Of a stretch of 64,000 nt of DNA, positions 13,560 to 28,020 are shown one piece after another (position 1 is the stretch's first letter; each line of letters begins with the position of its first letter). Origin of the DNA: Eutreptiella sp. 'Long Island Sound 2002'. Lineage: Eukaryota > Protista > Euglenida. The stretch spans positions 141,980,001-142,044,000 of the forward strand of contig OZ038378.1 in NCBI GenBank assembly GCA_964036045.1, in the 5' to 3' direction. A program made the translations under genes and the position numbers. Below the pieces are notes generated by a model. It searched no databases. It saw only the letters and a list, made by a program, of their open reading frames with translations, and was not told the origin of the DNA.

Positions 13560-15965
13560 TGTATGGGCCCTTGCACAACCTGCTCATGTAGTTTTTCACC
13601 TTCGGTAGCTCAAAAATCGAAGTTTTCGAAGTTTGTTTTTTGATATTATCATCACCTAAAATGACTATCCAAGGTATGTTTTAGGCCGTATTTGCGTGGT
13701 TTTCACCTTATTTGGGTATTGGGCGCGCAGGGGGACTCCCCCCCCCCCCCCCAATTTCCCTGAGCGCAATCACCACTTGACACACCCACGTGTCACCGCA
13801 CGGGGGGGGGGGTCTCCCAAGGGATTGGTACACGACTTGCTCATGCAGTTTTTCACCCCGGACAGCTCAAAAATTGAAATTTTCGAAACTTATTTTTTTT
13901 TTGATATTGTGATCACCTAAAATGACTATCCAAGGTATGTAAAGCATGCCTTAGGCCGTATTTATGTGTTTGTCACCTTTTTTGGGCAGTGGGCATGCGG
14001 GGGCGGGAGGGGGGGTCTCCCAAGGGATTGATTGGTACATGACCTGCGCATGCAGTTTTTCAACCTGGGGAGCTCAAAAATCGAAGTTTCGGAAACTTAT
14101 TTTTTTATACCGTGATCCCCTAAAATGTCCATCCAAGGTATTGAAAGCATGTTTTAGGCCATATTTATGTGTTTTTCATCCTATTTGGGTATTGGGTGCG
14201 GGGAGGGGGGGGGTCAGACGGCATTGGCCCTGCTCATGCAGTTTTTCACCCTATACAACTCAAAAATTGAAGTTTCTAAAACTTATTTTTTTTGGTATTT
14301 TGATCACCTAAAATGAACATCCGAGAGATATTAAGCATGTTTTGGCCCGTGTTATGCTGTTTTTACCCTGTTTTGGGTGTGTGTTGCTTGGGGTAGATTC
14401 TCTGCGAGCTGGACTTGCCGAAGGCAATAGAAAGACTGTTGTTTGGGTGGTTTAGTGTCACCCGCGAATTTGGCAAACTTTGACCGTTTCCAAAACCTAT
14501 CTGTCGCCCTTGGGATGGGTTAGAGTGGTCATTTGGTCACAATACGGGTACTTGAGCACCCATGGGGACCCACCTAGTAGCCGCCAGGCCCATCTAGCCT
14601 GCACCATGGACCCTGCAGAAGCTCGAAAATAACCATTTATACCACAAATATGGTAAAAGCTGCTTGTGTGCACAAATCGCTAAGCAATTTTTGAGCCTCA
14701 AAAGCTCAAAAACCGAATTTTTCGGAACTTGTTATTTTGCTATTCTGACCACTAAAAATGATCATACATGCTATGTAAAGCATGTTTTAGGCCCGTTTTA
14801 GGAATTTTTCACCCTATTTGGGTATCGTACACACAACCTGCTGGTACAGTTTTCAGGCCTCTAGAGCTCCAAAATCGAAATTTTCGAAACTTGTTTTTAT
14901 TTCGCTGTTGTGACAGCTCAAAATGATCATACATACTATGTAAAGCATGTTTTAGGCCCGTTTTAGGTGTTATTCACCGTAATTGGGTATCGGGTGCCGG
15001 AGGGGGTCTCCCAAGGGACTAGTACACACAACCTGCTTGTTGCAGCTTTCAGGCCTCTAGAGCTCCAAAATTGAAATTTTCGAAGCTTCTTTTCTTTGCT
15101 ACTGTGACCACTCAAAAGGATCATACATAATATGTAACGCATGTTTTAGGCCCGTTTTACCTATTTTTCACCGTAATTGGGTATCGGGTGCCAGAGGGGG
15201 CCTCCCAAGGGATTAGTACACACAACCTGCTTGTTGCAGCTTTCAGGCCTCTAGAGCTCAAAAATCCAAATTTTCGAATTTTTTTTGCTATTGTGACCAC
15301 TCAAAATGATCATACATGCTATGTAAAGCATGTTTTGGGCCTGTTTTAGGTGTTATGCACTATATTTGGGTATCGGGTGCCAGAGGGGGTCTCCCAAGGG
15401 ACTAGTACACACAACCCACAACCTGCTTATGCAGTTTTTAGGCCTCTAGAGCTCAAAAATCCAAATTTTCGAAACTTGTTTTTTTGGGCTATTGTGACCA
15501 CTCAAAATGATCATACATACTATGTAAAGCATGTTTTGGGCCCGTTTTAGGTGTTATTCACTGTATTTGGGTATCGGGTGCCAGAGGGGGTCTCCCAAGG
15601 GACTAGTACACACAACTTGCTTGTTGCAGCTTTCAGGCCTCCAGAGCTCAAAAATGGAAATTTTCGCAACGTGTTTTCTTGCCATTGTGACCAATCAAAA
15701 GGATCATACATGCTATGTAAAGCATGTTTTACTCCCGTTTTACCCGTTTTTCACAGGAATTGGGTATCGGGTGCCAGAGGGGGTCTCCCAAGGGACTAGT
15801 ACACACAACCCGCTTGTGCAGTTTCCAGGCCCCTAGAGCCCAAAACTCGAAATTTTTAAAACTTGTTTTTTTTCCCGCCATTGTGACCACTCAAAATGAT
15901 CATACATACTTTGTAAAGCATTTTTTAGGCCCGTTTTGCGTGTTATTCACCGTAATTGGGGATCG
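13560..15965. repeat. ~190-200-bp tandem satellite, more diverged at its 5' end
   Basis: The unit gggtatcgggtgccagagggggtctcccaagggactagtacacac...atgatcatacat...aagcatgttttaggcccg recurs near 14986, 15180, 15368, 15569, 15762 and 15959. Confidence 0.9.
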
Positions 15966-16885
15966 GGTGTGGCGCAAGGCTGGTCCCCTCTTCAAGGTGC
16001 CTTGCCGAAGGCAGTAGAAATTACAAGAGGGAAAATTTTTTGGTACACAAATTTTGGGTCCCCAACCCCCTCCCCCCCTCCCCGCTCAAAAGACGCCCTG
16101 ACCGGCACACTGACACCTGCCATGGGCCCCCATTTGGAGGCCCGTGGGCTTGGCAGTAACTGCCCATGTGGGGTTGAGGGTCAACCTTGCTGGGCAGGGA
16201 TGCGATAGTGTTGTGCACCCTGTCAATGCACTTTGCCTATGCATGCAAGTAGAAAGCGAGCTGTGTCCCATGGACACTACATTCTCTTTGGGTTTCTCCG
16301 CTGCACTCCTGGGGAGGCGTTTATGGTACCACTGATGAGACTTTCCTGGGGCGTTTTCTCCCCCCCCCCCCTTGTCCAATCGACACCTATGTCCAAGCAA
16401 CACTAGGCGTTGGGCAGATTGCGCAGAGCGGGGATGATTCAAACAAGGTTGGCTACATAAACCCTGATGTCTTGGGGTTCCCACAGCGGGGAGTGTTCAA
16501 ACAATGGCTAATTAACTTTGTGGTCTGTGGGATCCCAAGGTAGGGAGGCAGACCGTGGTTCCATAACCCTTGCCATCCCGGGGTCCCGAAAGTGTGTGCT
16601 TTTTTTGCACTGCAATTGTCAATTTCTTTTTGCTGTAATAGGAGTAGTGGTTTTTTTGTGGTGCCTTTGAGAACCAAATTTTTTGCATGTTCCTCCAAAT
16701 GACTTCTAAAAAGCTTAATGGCATTAAAAAACAAGAAAAACACGATTGCTCGCACTACAACATTTCAGGCATTCGCAAAACGATTTTCTGTTGCTCTTGG
16801 TCGTAGCAAAAATCTCCGATTTACAACGTACACGCCGGGGCACAGCCAGGAGCAAGAAGCCCGAGAAGGTCTTGTTGTAGTGCAG

Positions 16886-17557
<672 letters not shown>

Positions 17558-18480
17558 GTCTGCCTAGAGGGGCATTCCGCTTCGCTGCACAGGTGGACAA
17601 TCGATAAGCCGATGGACCTACGGTGAAAACAGGTTTGTTGAAAAAATAAAGTACACAACAAACACAAAGGGAATACAAAATGAACATGTTTCAACTAGAC
17701 ACAAACCAGAAGTTGAGTACAGAAACAGGAAACAAAAATAAGAAAAAAAGGGGGTGACATAAAACAGGGCCATTTTCAGCCCAACCAGAAAGGGCAGTTT
17801 TCAGCCCCACACCCCACCCTAGCCTAGAGATTCACCCCGCAAACGTAATTACATTTTACACAAAAGTTTTTTGTAGGTACACGGGTCTACTCAATCACAC
17901 CCCCCTGCTTGGAGGGGTTCGTTGTCAAGGGGGGCTACCGGTCCTGCCCTGCGATGCAATGCGGGACAACCTTGACAACGGGCCCCGTCGGTCTTGGGTG
18001 TAGGTTAGAGCCTCTTGACCCCGTGGTCGCTTGTACTGGGTTACAGCACCATACGCGTGCACTACTGGAAAAAATGTGGGGTGAAATCTCTGAGGCAAGT
18101 AGAGGCAGGGTGGGGAACAAGGGAAGTAACACAGGGGTATACAACATGCAGAGACAAAGGCACACTTACAAACACACGGCACACTTGTGCGCGCACATCC
18201 AATGGCAGGGCCCGGAGGTGCACACTCGCCCGGAGGGCGTCACAGAGTGTGGGCCTCGCGGTGGCGGCCGTGGAGCACGTGGTGGTGCACGCTCACACAA
18301 ACAAGAGATTCCACAAACCACTCACGTACATACAACAAACGGTAAGCAAATGCACAACACGTGTCTCCCTCTCATGTCTCCCTAGGAACACGGGTCCCTC
18401 CCTCCCTCCCGCTCACCCCTAGGTTAATGGGTCTCTCCATCCATCTCCCCCTTTCTCGCTCCCCTAGGAACTTGAGAACT

Positions 18481-18793
18481 GTGGGCGACCGCACCCTAGA
18501 ACCGGCGGAGGAGGAGGCCCCTGGTTTGCAATTGGTGGGCGACCGCACCCAAGAACCGGCGGAGGAGGAGGCCCCTGGTTTGCAATTGGTGGGCGACCGC
18601 ACCCAAGAACCGGCGGAGGAGGAGGCCCCTGGTTTACCAATGGTGGGCGACCGCACCCAAGAACCGGCGGAGGAGGAGGCCCCTGGTTTACCAATGGTGG
18701 GCGACCGCACCCAAGAACCGGCGGAGGAGGAGGCCCCTGGTTAACAATTGGTGGGCGACCGCACCCAAGAACCGGCGGAGGAGGAGGCCCCTG
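18481..18793. repeat. 54-bp tandem repeat, ~5.8 copies
   Basis: gtgggcgaccgcaccc... starts at 18481, 18535, 18589, 18643, 18697 and 18751. Confidence 0.95.
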
Positions 18794-18989
18794 AGTTCAG
18801 AACGGACCCCCCACCCCAACTCACTGGCACCACGTGGTCCTAGTGAGTTGTGAGTAAGGTAGTAGTAAGGGTGGGGAGAGGTAAAAAGGGGCAAACCGGC
18901 GGGTCGACGGTTTCTCCTGGGGGAAAACAGACCCATCCGCCCAAATCAAGGTAAACCAGACAGTAGGAGACTAAAGAACAAGGAGGAGC

Positions 18990-21900
18990 GACGGAATTGC
19001 GCACGTATATTTTTGCTGCCACTGGGTGGCAGGCCTTTTTTGCTGCCACTGAGCGGCATGTAGGGGTAACCACAGAGTGCAGGCCTTTTTGCTGCAACTG
19101 GGTAGCAGGCCCTTTTCCTAGCGCTGAGCAGCAGGCTTTTTTGCTCTCAAAACCGTCAATAGCTGTAATTACGCAGCAAGCTATATGCTGCCAAGGAGCA
19201 GCAGGTGTTTTAGCTGCCGCTGAGTGGTGAAGCAACGTGCTGTCACAGAGTAGCAGGTTTTTTGCTGCCACAGAGTGGTGCAGCTTTGTGCTACCACGGA
19301 GCAGCAGGTTTTTAGCTGCCACAGTGCAGCGGACTCTACAGCTACCATGCAACAGAGCAGCAGGGTTTTGGCAGCCACTGTGCGGCTGGATTTTGCAGCC
19401 ACTGAGTAGCAGGTGTTTTCCTGTCACACTGTAGCACCAGTAGTACCAGTTTTTGTTGCGACTGAGCAGCAAGCTACTTGCTACTACTGAGCGAAAAGCT
19501 TTCTGCGGCCACTGAACACAAGTTTTTTTTTTACTGCCGCTAAGCAGCATGCTTTCCAGCTGCCACAGAACGGAGGTATTTCTAGGCGGCCACTAAGCAG
19601 AGGGACTTGAGCGGCCATGGAGGAGCGAGCATTTTTTGCTGCAGTTGGGGGTTTCTAGCAGCCACAAAACAGATGACTTTTTTGAGGCCCCTGACAGGCA
19701 GGCTTCTTAGCAACCTCGGGATGCCAGGCCTTTTGTGGCCACAGAGCAGCAAGGTTTTTGGCTGTCACGAAACAACAAGCTTTTTTACAGCCAATGGGCA
19801 GCAGGACCATTGTGGTTGTAGAGCCGGCCCTAGGTCCGCTGGGGGACTAGTACCCAGAGTAGGGGTGCAAAGGAGGCAGCCCAAGGTCCACTGGGGGACT
19901 AGTACCCAGAGTTGGGGCGTGACTGAGACGGCCCTAGGTCCACTGGGGGACAAGTACCCAGAGTTGGGGCGCGACTGAGACGGCCCAAGGTCCACTGGGG
20001 GACGAGTACCAAGAGTTGGGGCGCAACTGAGACGGCCCTAGGTCCACTGGGGGACTAGTACCCAGAGTTGGGGCGCGACTAAGACGGCGCTAGGTCCACT
20101 GGGGGACTAGTACCCAGAGTTGGGGCGCGACTGAGACGGCCCTAGGTCCACTGGGGGACAAGTACCCAGAGTTGGGGCGCCACTGAGACGGCCCTAGGTC
20201 CACTGGGGGACAAGTACCCAGAGTTGGGGCGCGAATGAGACGGCCCTAGGTCCAATGGGGGACGAGTACCAAGAGTTGGGGCGTGACTGAGACGGCCCTA
20301 GGTCCACTGGGGGACGGGTACCCAGAGTTGGGGCGCGACTGAGACGGCCCTAGGTCCGCTGGGGGACGAGTACCCAGGGCGCGACTGAGACGGCCCTAGG
20401 TCCACTGGGGGACTAGTACCCAGAGTTGGGGCACGATTGAGACGGCCCTAGGTCCGCTGGGGGACTAGTACCCAGAGTTGGGGCGCGACAGAGGCAGCCC
20501 TAGGTCCACTAGGGGACTAGTACCCAGAGTTGGGGCGCGACTAAGACGGCCCTAGGTCCACTGGGGGACGATTACCCAGAATGGGGTACGGTTGGGACGG
20601 CCCTGGGTCCACTGGGGGACTAATACCCAGAATTGGGGCGAGACAGAGCAGCAATTTTTGCGCTGCCACAGAGCGTCGTGTGTTTTGTGTTGCCGTAGTG
20701 AACGTATTTTAGTTCTGCCACACAGTAGCGTGTGGTGTGGGCTGCTACAGAGCAGCAGATTTTGACTGTTGCCATGGTGCAACGCTTTTTTAGTTTGTTT
20801 TTGTGTTTGTGCTATAATATTGTTTTTGGTGACTCTGTTTCTTGTGCAGCGTTTTTTTTTTGTGCTATCACAATGCCGCATTTTCCTTGTACAACCACAG
20901 TGCAGTGTGCAGTTTTTCAGTTTCTGCTGCCTCAGTGCGGCATGTTTTTTCAGTGCTGCCACGGTGCAGTGTGTGTTTTTTGTGCAGCCAGAGGGCGGCA
21001 TGTTTGGGTTTTTTGCTTTGTGCTTCCTCAGTGCAGCATGTTTTTTGTGTGCTGCCGCAGGGCATGGTTTTGTGTTGATCTTGTTTTTTGATTTCTGTGC
21101 TACCACAGGGCAGCATGGTTTTTGTGCCGCCGCAGTGCAGCGTGTTTTTTGTCCAGCTGCAGCTGCAGTGCTGCAGTATCCTTTGTTTTTTTTTTGCAAT
21201 GAGCGATGAGGGTTTTTTTGTTGTTGTTGTTTGTATTTGTTTTTTGTGATGCCACATTGTTTTGGGCCCACCATTTCTAGTTCCGCGAGTGTCTAGTGCT
21301 GCCCCAGTGCAGCGCATTTGTTGTGCTGCTACAATGTAGCATATTATGGTGTTGCAATGCAGCGTGTTATGGGTGTTGCCACAGTGCATCAATTTTTTAT
21401 TTTTTTTTGGTTTTTGTTTTTTCTGCTACCAAAGCGCGGTGTGTTTTTGTGCTGTTGCAATGCAGCGGTTTGTATGATGCCACATTGCAGCGGGCTTTTG
21501 GTTCTGCCGCGGTACAGCATGTTTTTTTGTTGGTGTTGCCACAGTCCAGCTTGTTTTTGTGATGCCGCAGTGCAGCGTGTTTTGTGTGCTGCCACACTGC
21601 GGCATCAAATTTTGTGCTGCCATGGCACAGCTTTTTTATGTAGCTGCCATAGTGCAGCATGAAATTGTGTGCTGCCACGGTGCAGCGCTTATTGCTGTGC
21701 TGCCATAGTGCGGCTTGTTTCGTGCAATGGTGCGGTGCTGCATGTTCTTTGTGTTGTCATAGTGCTGGGTATTTGTGTGCTGCCACAGGGCAGCGTGTTT
21801 TTTTGTTCTGCCACAGTACAGCATTGTTTTTTTTTGTTTTGTTAGTGCGGCCACGGTGTAGCTGTTTATCTTCCTTGTGTTTTCTGCTGCCGCAGTGCAG

Positions 21901-24900
21901 CGTATTTTTTGTGCTGCCACCGTGCAGCTTGTTTTTGTGCTGCCGCACTGCGGCATGGTATTTGGCGCTGCCACAGTGCAGTGTTTTTTGTGTTGCTGCC
22001 TATTTTTGTGCTGCCACTGTGCTGTGTGTTTTTTGAGCTGCCGCAGGGCAGCGTGTTATTTGTGCTGCCACAGTGCAGCGAGTGTTTTGTGCTGCTGCAG
22101 TGCTGTTTTTCTTTCTTTCTTTCTTTGGCTGCTACAGTGCCACAACAATCGGGACCAAATGGTGTCATGGGCCCATTGGGAGCCCAATACCCCAGGTGCA
22201 GGTGGGGGTGCGGCTGGGATGCACCCCAAGTCCACTGGGGGACAGGTACCCAGAGTTGGGGTGCAACAGGGACACACCCTAGGTCCACTGGGGGACGAGT
22301 ACCCAGAGTAGGGGTGTGACAGCCACAAAGTAGTATGCCCTTTAGCCGCCACGGAGCATGCGGCTTTTTTGTAGCGACATGGTGGCATGCCTTTTTTGCT
22401 GCCACTGAGTAGCCGTCCTTTTAGCTATCGCTGATCGCTGATCGTTGGGCCTTATAGCTGCCACTGAGCAGTATGCTTGTTTGTAGCCATTGGCTTTTAG
22501 GCAGCCACGGATCATGGTTTTTTTGCTGGCGCAGCGGGCTTTTTTGTTGCCGCGGCGGCATGCCCTTTGCAGCCACTACTCAGCGAGCTTTTTGCTGCCG
22601 TTGAGCACCAAGGTTTTTGCTGCCACGAGGTAGCTGGCTTTAAGCGGCCACTGAGCAGCAAGCTATTGCTGAGCAGCAGGTTTTTTAGCAGCCACTGCGC
22701 GTGGGCCTCTTTGCTACCACTGAGTAGCAGGCCGTTATGCAGCCACCGGGCACCAGCCTTTTAAGCTGCATAGAGCAGCGGCGTCTGTTGCTATCATAGG
22801 GCAGCAGGGTATTTTGCTACCATTGAGCAGCAGGATTTTTGCAGCTTAAAAGTAACAGGGTTTTTGCGACCATTGAGTTGCAGGCCTTCTTGCTGCCACT
22901 GAGCGCCAGCCTTTTTTGATGCATGGAGCAATGGGGTCTTTTGCTGCCATAGGGCAGCAGGGTTTTTTGTTGCCGCAGAGCAACGGGGCTTTTTGCTTCT
23001 TCTAAGCAGCTGGGTTTTTTGACTGCCAGTGAGCTTCTGACCCTTTTGCAGCCATAGAGCAGGAGAATTTTTGCTGCCATTGAGCAGTGGGCCTTTTCGC
23101 GGCCACTGGGCAGCATGCCTTTTTGATGCCACTGAGCAACAAGTCTTTAATTTGCAGCTACGTAACAAGCTCCTTTGCTGTCACCGGGCAACAAGCCTCT
23201 TTGCTGCACCAAGGTAGCATGCTTTTATGCTGCCACCGAGCCATGGGCCTTATTGTTGCCACAGAGCAGCATGTCCAATTACTACCACAGATCGCCAAAA
23301 ATTTCTGCTGTTCTGAGCCACAGAGCCATAGAGCAGCAGGGTTTTTCTTAGCTGCCGCAGCACAATGGGCCTTTGTGCTGCCAATGAGCAGGAGGGTTTT
23401 TGCTGCCGCAGAGCACCAGGCCATATTGCTGCCACACACTGGCGGCGTTTTTCGCTGCCATTTAGCGGCAGGCTTTTTTGCTGCCCTAGGGCAGGTTTTG
23501 TTTTTCCTCAGTCACTGAGCAGCAAGCTTTTTCACAGCAACTGAGTAGCATGCTCTTTTGCTGCCACTGAGCGGCAGGCTTTTTAGCTGCAACTGAGTAG
23601 CATGCTCTTCTGCTGCCACTGAACAGCAGGCCTTTTTGCTGCAACAGAGTAGCATGCTCTTTTGCTGCCGCTGATTGGTAGGTTTTTATTGGCACTGGGC
23701 AGGAGGCCTTTTTCGCTACCACAGTGCGGCAGACCTTTTTGCTGCCATGAGCAGCAGAACAATTTTTGATTTCTTTTATTTTTTATTTTTATTTTTTTTT
23801 TGCTGCCACCGAGCAGCATGTCCCTTTGCAGCCACTGAGCACCAGGCCATTGTGCTTCACTCGGCAGCGTGCTGTTTTGCTACCGTTGGGCAGCGGGGTT
23901 TTTTGTTTGCTGCCACTGAGCAACAGGCCGTTTTTGCAGCCACTCAGCAGCAGGTTTTTGCGTACCAGAGAGCAATATGTCGTTTTGCTGCCATTGTACC
24001 CCATGCTTTTTTGCCGTCACAGAGCACCCATTCTTTTTGCTGCAACTGCGTGGCATGCTGTTTTGCTGCCACTGGGCAACAAGCTCTTTTGCTGCAACTG
24101 AGCAGCGTGCTTTTTTGCTCCCACAGCGTGTCAGGCCTTTAGTGCAACCACGTGGCATGCTCATTTGCTGCCACTAAGCAACAGGGCTTTTGCGGGCATA
24201 AGCAGGGGGCTTTTTGCTACCACACAGCAGATGGATCCTTTGCTGCCACAGAGCAGCATGTCTCTTTGCTGCCACTGAGCGCCAGGCTTTTTTGCGGCAA
24301 GTGAGGAGCATGCTCTTTTGCTGCCACAGAGTGTCAGGCTTTTTAGCAGCAACTGTGTGGCATGCTCTTTTGCCGCCACTGAGCTGCGAGCTTTTTTCCT
24401 GCCGCAGAGCAGCGAGTCCTTTTGCTGCCACCGAGCAGCAGGCCTGTTTGCTGCACTGAGGAGCGGTCTCCTTAGCTACCATTGAACAGAAGGTCCTTTT
24501 TTTGCCGCCACTGAGCAACGGGCCTTTTTGCGGCCACTGAGAAGCGGAGTTTTTTACTGCCACAGAGCAGCGTGTTTTTTGCTGCCAAGGAGCGGTGGGC
24601 TTTCTTGCTGCCACGACGAGGCATGTTTTTTGGCTGCCACTGATCAACAGGCTTTGTTGTTGCCACTAAGTAGCATGCCTTTTTGCTGCTACTGAGCGTC
24701 AGGTTTTTTTGCTGCCACTGAGTGGCAGTTTTTTGCCTACCACAGAGCAGCATGTCGTTTTGCTGCCGCTAAACACCGCGCCTTTTTTGCTGTCACTACG
24801 CAGCACGCTTTTTGCTGCCACAGAGCATCGTGTCCTTTGGCTGCCATTGAGTGGCAGGCCTTTTTTGTTGCCATTGAGCATGCTCTTGTGTTGCCACTGA

Positions 24901-27900
24901 GCGCAAGCCTTTTTGCTGCAGATGTTTGTAGCAGGTGTTTTCCTGTCACTTTTGCTGCCGCCGGGGCTTTCTTGCAGCCACAGACCGGCAGGGGCCACAT
25001 AGGGGCCACATAGCAAGGCAGTAGGGTGTTTTGCAACCATCGAGCGGCAAGCTTTTTGGTAGCCGCTGTGCAGCACGATGATTTGTAGCCACTGAGTACC
25101 GCGCTTTTTTGCGACAACCAACAGTGGGCCTTGTTGCTGCCACTGAGCAGCAGGACCTTTAGTAGCGGCTGAGCAACAGGTCTGTGTGCTACCGGTAAAC
25201 TGCAGGCTTTTTTGCGACCAAGGACTAGCGAACCGTTTAGCTGCCACCAAGTGGCAGGTCTTGTTGCTGCCACTGAGCGGCATACCTTATAGTGGCCACT
25301 AGCTTTTTGGCAGCCACGCAGCTGCACGGCTCTTTGCCGCCCAAGAACCACAGGCTTTTAGTAGGTTTTTTGGAGCGGCGGGCTTTTTGCTGCCGCAGAG
25401 GAGCAAGCCCTCGTGCTACCACAGAGTGGCAATTTTTTTTTTTTTTTTGCTGCCACAGAGTAGCAGGTTTTGGCAGCCAAAGGGTGGCATGTCCTTTGGC
25501 TACCGCTGAGCGGCAGGGTCTTTTGCATTGAATGGTAAGCTTAGTAGTTGCCACTAGGCAGCGTGCATTTTTGCCGCCACCGAGCAACAGGTTTTAGCTG
25601 CCACTGGGCGGCCTGCCTTTCTGCTGCCACTTAGCAGCAGGGACTTTTGTTGCCATAGAGCGGCAAGCTTTTTAGCAGCCATTGGGCAGCAGTCTGTTTT
25701 TGCTGTCACCTAGCAGTGTGTTTTTTTTTATTTTGCTGCCACCGAGCTGCAGGTTTTTGCAGCCACTGAGCGGCATGCCTTTCTGAAGCGACTGGCCAGC
25801 AGGGTCTTTTGCAGCTATTGAGCGACAAGCTTTTTAGTTGCCGTTGAGCAGCACGCTTTTTAGGTGCCACTGGGGAGCGGATCTTTTTGTGGTCACCTGG
25901 CAGTGTGCTTTTTTGCTGCCACTGAGCAGCAGGTTTTGCAGCCACTAAGCACAAGGTTATGCGGCCACAGAGCGTTGTGTCCTTTTGCTGCAGGTGTGCA
26001 CGAGGCTTTTTTAGCTATCACTAGGTTAGGGCTTTTCTTTAGTTTTTGTTGCAGCAGGGCTTTTTGCTGTAAGTAAGCGTAAGTAAGCGGTGTGCTTTTT
26101 TTGGTGCCGCTGAAAAGCATGCTTTACTGCTGCCGCTGAGCAGCATGCCATGCGGCGGCCACAGCACAGCACACCACAGAGTGGCAAGTTTTTAGCTGCC
26201 AGTAAGCAGCAAACTTATTGGCTGCCGCTCAGCAACAGGTCTTTTTGCTGCCATTGAGCAGCGTGCCTTTTTGCTGCCACTGAGCAGCAAGCTTTTTCGT
26301 TGCCAATGAGTAGCAGGTCTTTTTGCTGCCACTGAGCAGTGTACTTTTTGACAGCAAGCCTTTTTTGCTCCCGATGGGCCGCAAGCTTTTTAGCAGTGGC
26401 GGAGTCGCGTGTTTTTGCTGCCACTCAGCTGCATGCCTTTAGCTACCACCGCGCGGCGTGTCTTTTTGCTGCCGCTGAGCAGCATGCTAAATAGCTGCCA
26501 CTAAGCAGCAGGCTTTTCAGCCGCCACTAAGTGGCAGGCTTTTCGCTGCCACAGGCCATCAGGGATTTTTGTTGCGGCTGCGCAGCACCCTTTTTAGCAG
26601 CCGCAAAGTCGCAAGTTTTTGCTACCACTGAGCAGCATGCCTCTCTGCTACCGATGAGCAGCGTGCTTTCTAGCTGCCACTGCGCTGCAAGCTTTTTAGC
26701 TGCCACTGAGCGGCATGCCTTTTTGCTGCCACTGAGTAACAGATCCTTTGTTGCTGCTGTGCAACGTGCCTTATCACTGCCACTGGGTGGCAGCAGGCCC
26801 TGCTGCAGTTGCGCCGCAGCATGCCTTTCTACTGCCACTGGGCAGCAGGGGCTTTTGCTGCCACTGAGCGGCAATTCGTTTGGATACCAGTGAGCGGCAA
26901 GCGTTTTAGCTGCCATAGAGCAGCAAGCTCGTTAGCTGCCACTAAGTGGCAAGCTTTTCTGCTGCCATTGAGCAGCATACCTTTTTGCTGCAGCTCCGCA
27001 GCATGCTTTTTTGCTACCACTGAGTAGCGAGGTTTTTGACTGCTGCTAAGCGGCACTTTTTTTAGCAGTCACTGAGTAGCGGGCTTCCTTGCTGCTACTT
27101 TTTTTTTTGGCCGACACTGAGCACCAGGCTTTTTTGCTTTCACCTAGCGGTGTGCAGTTTGCTGCCACTGAGCAGGTTGGGGGTTGCCAGTGAGCACCAG
27201 CTTAAATGGCCACAGGGCAACATGTCCTTTTGCAGCCGGTGTGCAGCAGGCCTCATGATGGCGCTAAGCTGCAGGCTTTTTGGTGCCACTAGCCAGCTAG
27301 TTTTTTGCAGTCACTAAGCAGCATGCTTTTTCGCTGCCACTGAGCAGCACGGCTTTCTGCTGCCACAGAGGAGCATGCCTTTCTGCTGCCATTGAGTAGT
27401 AGGGGCCTTTGTTGGAATTGAGTGGCAAATTGTTTAGCGACCGTTGAGCAGCAAACTTTTTAGCAGCCACTGGGCAGCAGGTCTTTTGTTGCCACTGCGC
27501 ATCAAGCTTGTTAGCGGCCACTGAGTGGCAGGGTTTTTTGCAGCCACTGGGCAACATGCCTTTGTGCAGCCGCAGAGCAACAGGCGCTTTAGCCGTCTCT
27601 AAGTAGCTAGTTTTTGCTGCCACTGAGCGGCATGCCTTTTTGTTGCCGCTGAGCTGTATGCCTTTTTGCAGCTGCTGAGCAGCGCGTTTTTTAGCTGCCA
27701 TCGAGCAGCAAGCTTTTTTGCAGCCACTGAGCGGCAGGCCTCTTTGCTGCCGCTGAGCACGGTGCCTACTTGCTGCCCCTGAGCAGCAGGTTTTTGTAGA
27801 CACTGAGCAGCGGGTTTTTTGTAAGCACTGAGCAGTGGGCTTTTTTCCTGCTCTTCGGCAGCACCCCTTTGTGCTGCTGCTGAGCAACAGAGGCTTGGAT

Positions 27901-28020
27901 GCCACTGAACGGCGGCGGTCGCTTTTGCCGCCACAGGGCACCGTGGTGCAGTGCAGCAGGTTTCCTACTGCTGCAGTGCTGCGCAAGCCAGTGTTAGCGG
28001 TGTAGGTCCGCCACACTCAT
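18990..28020. repeat. ~9-kb degenerate array built on ttttgctgccactgagcagca-like motifs
   Basis: The motif recurs hundreds of times with variable spacing. There is no long ORF. Confidence 0.85.
19826..20642. repeat. 52-bp tandem repeat (~15 copies) nested in the 9-kb array, with further copies at ~22225-22317
   Basis: Unit gactgagacggccctaggtccactgggggacaagtacccagagttggggcgc, for example at 19921 and 19973. Confidence 0.95.

Noticed and set aside
19826-20642. CRISPR-like regular array (also 59869-60128 and 18481-18793)
   Set aside because: These are head-to-tail repeats with no unique spacers and no cas genes, in a eukaryotic context.
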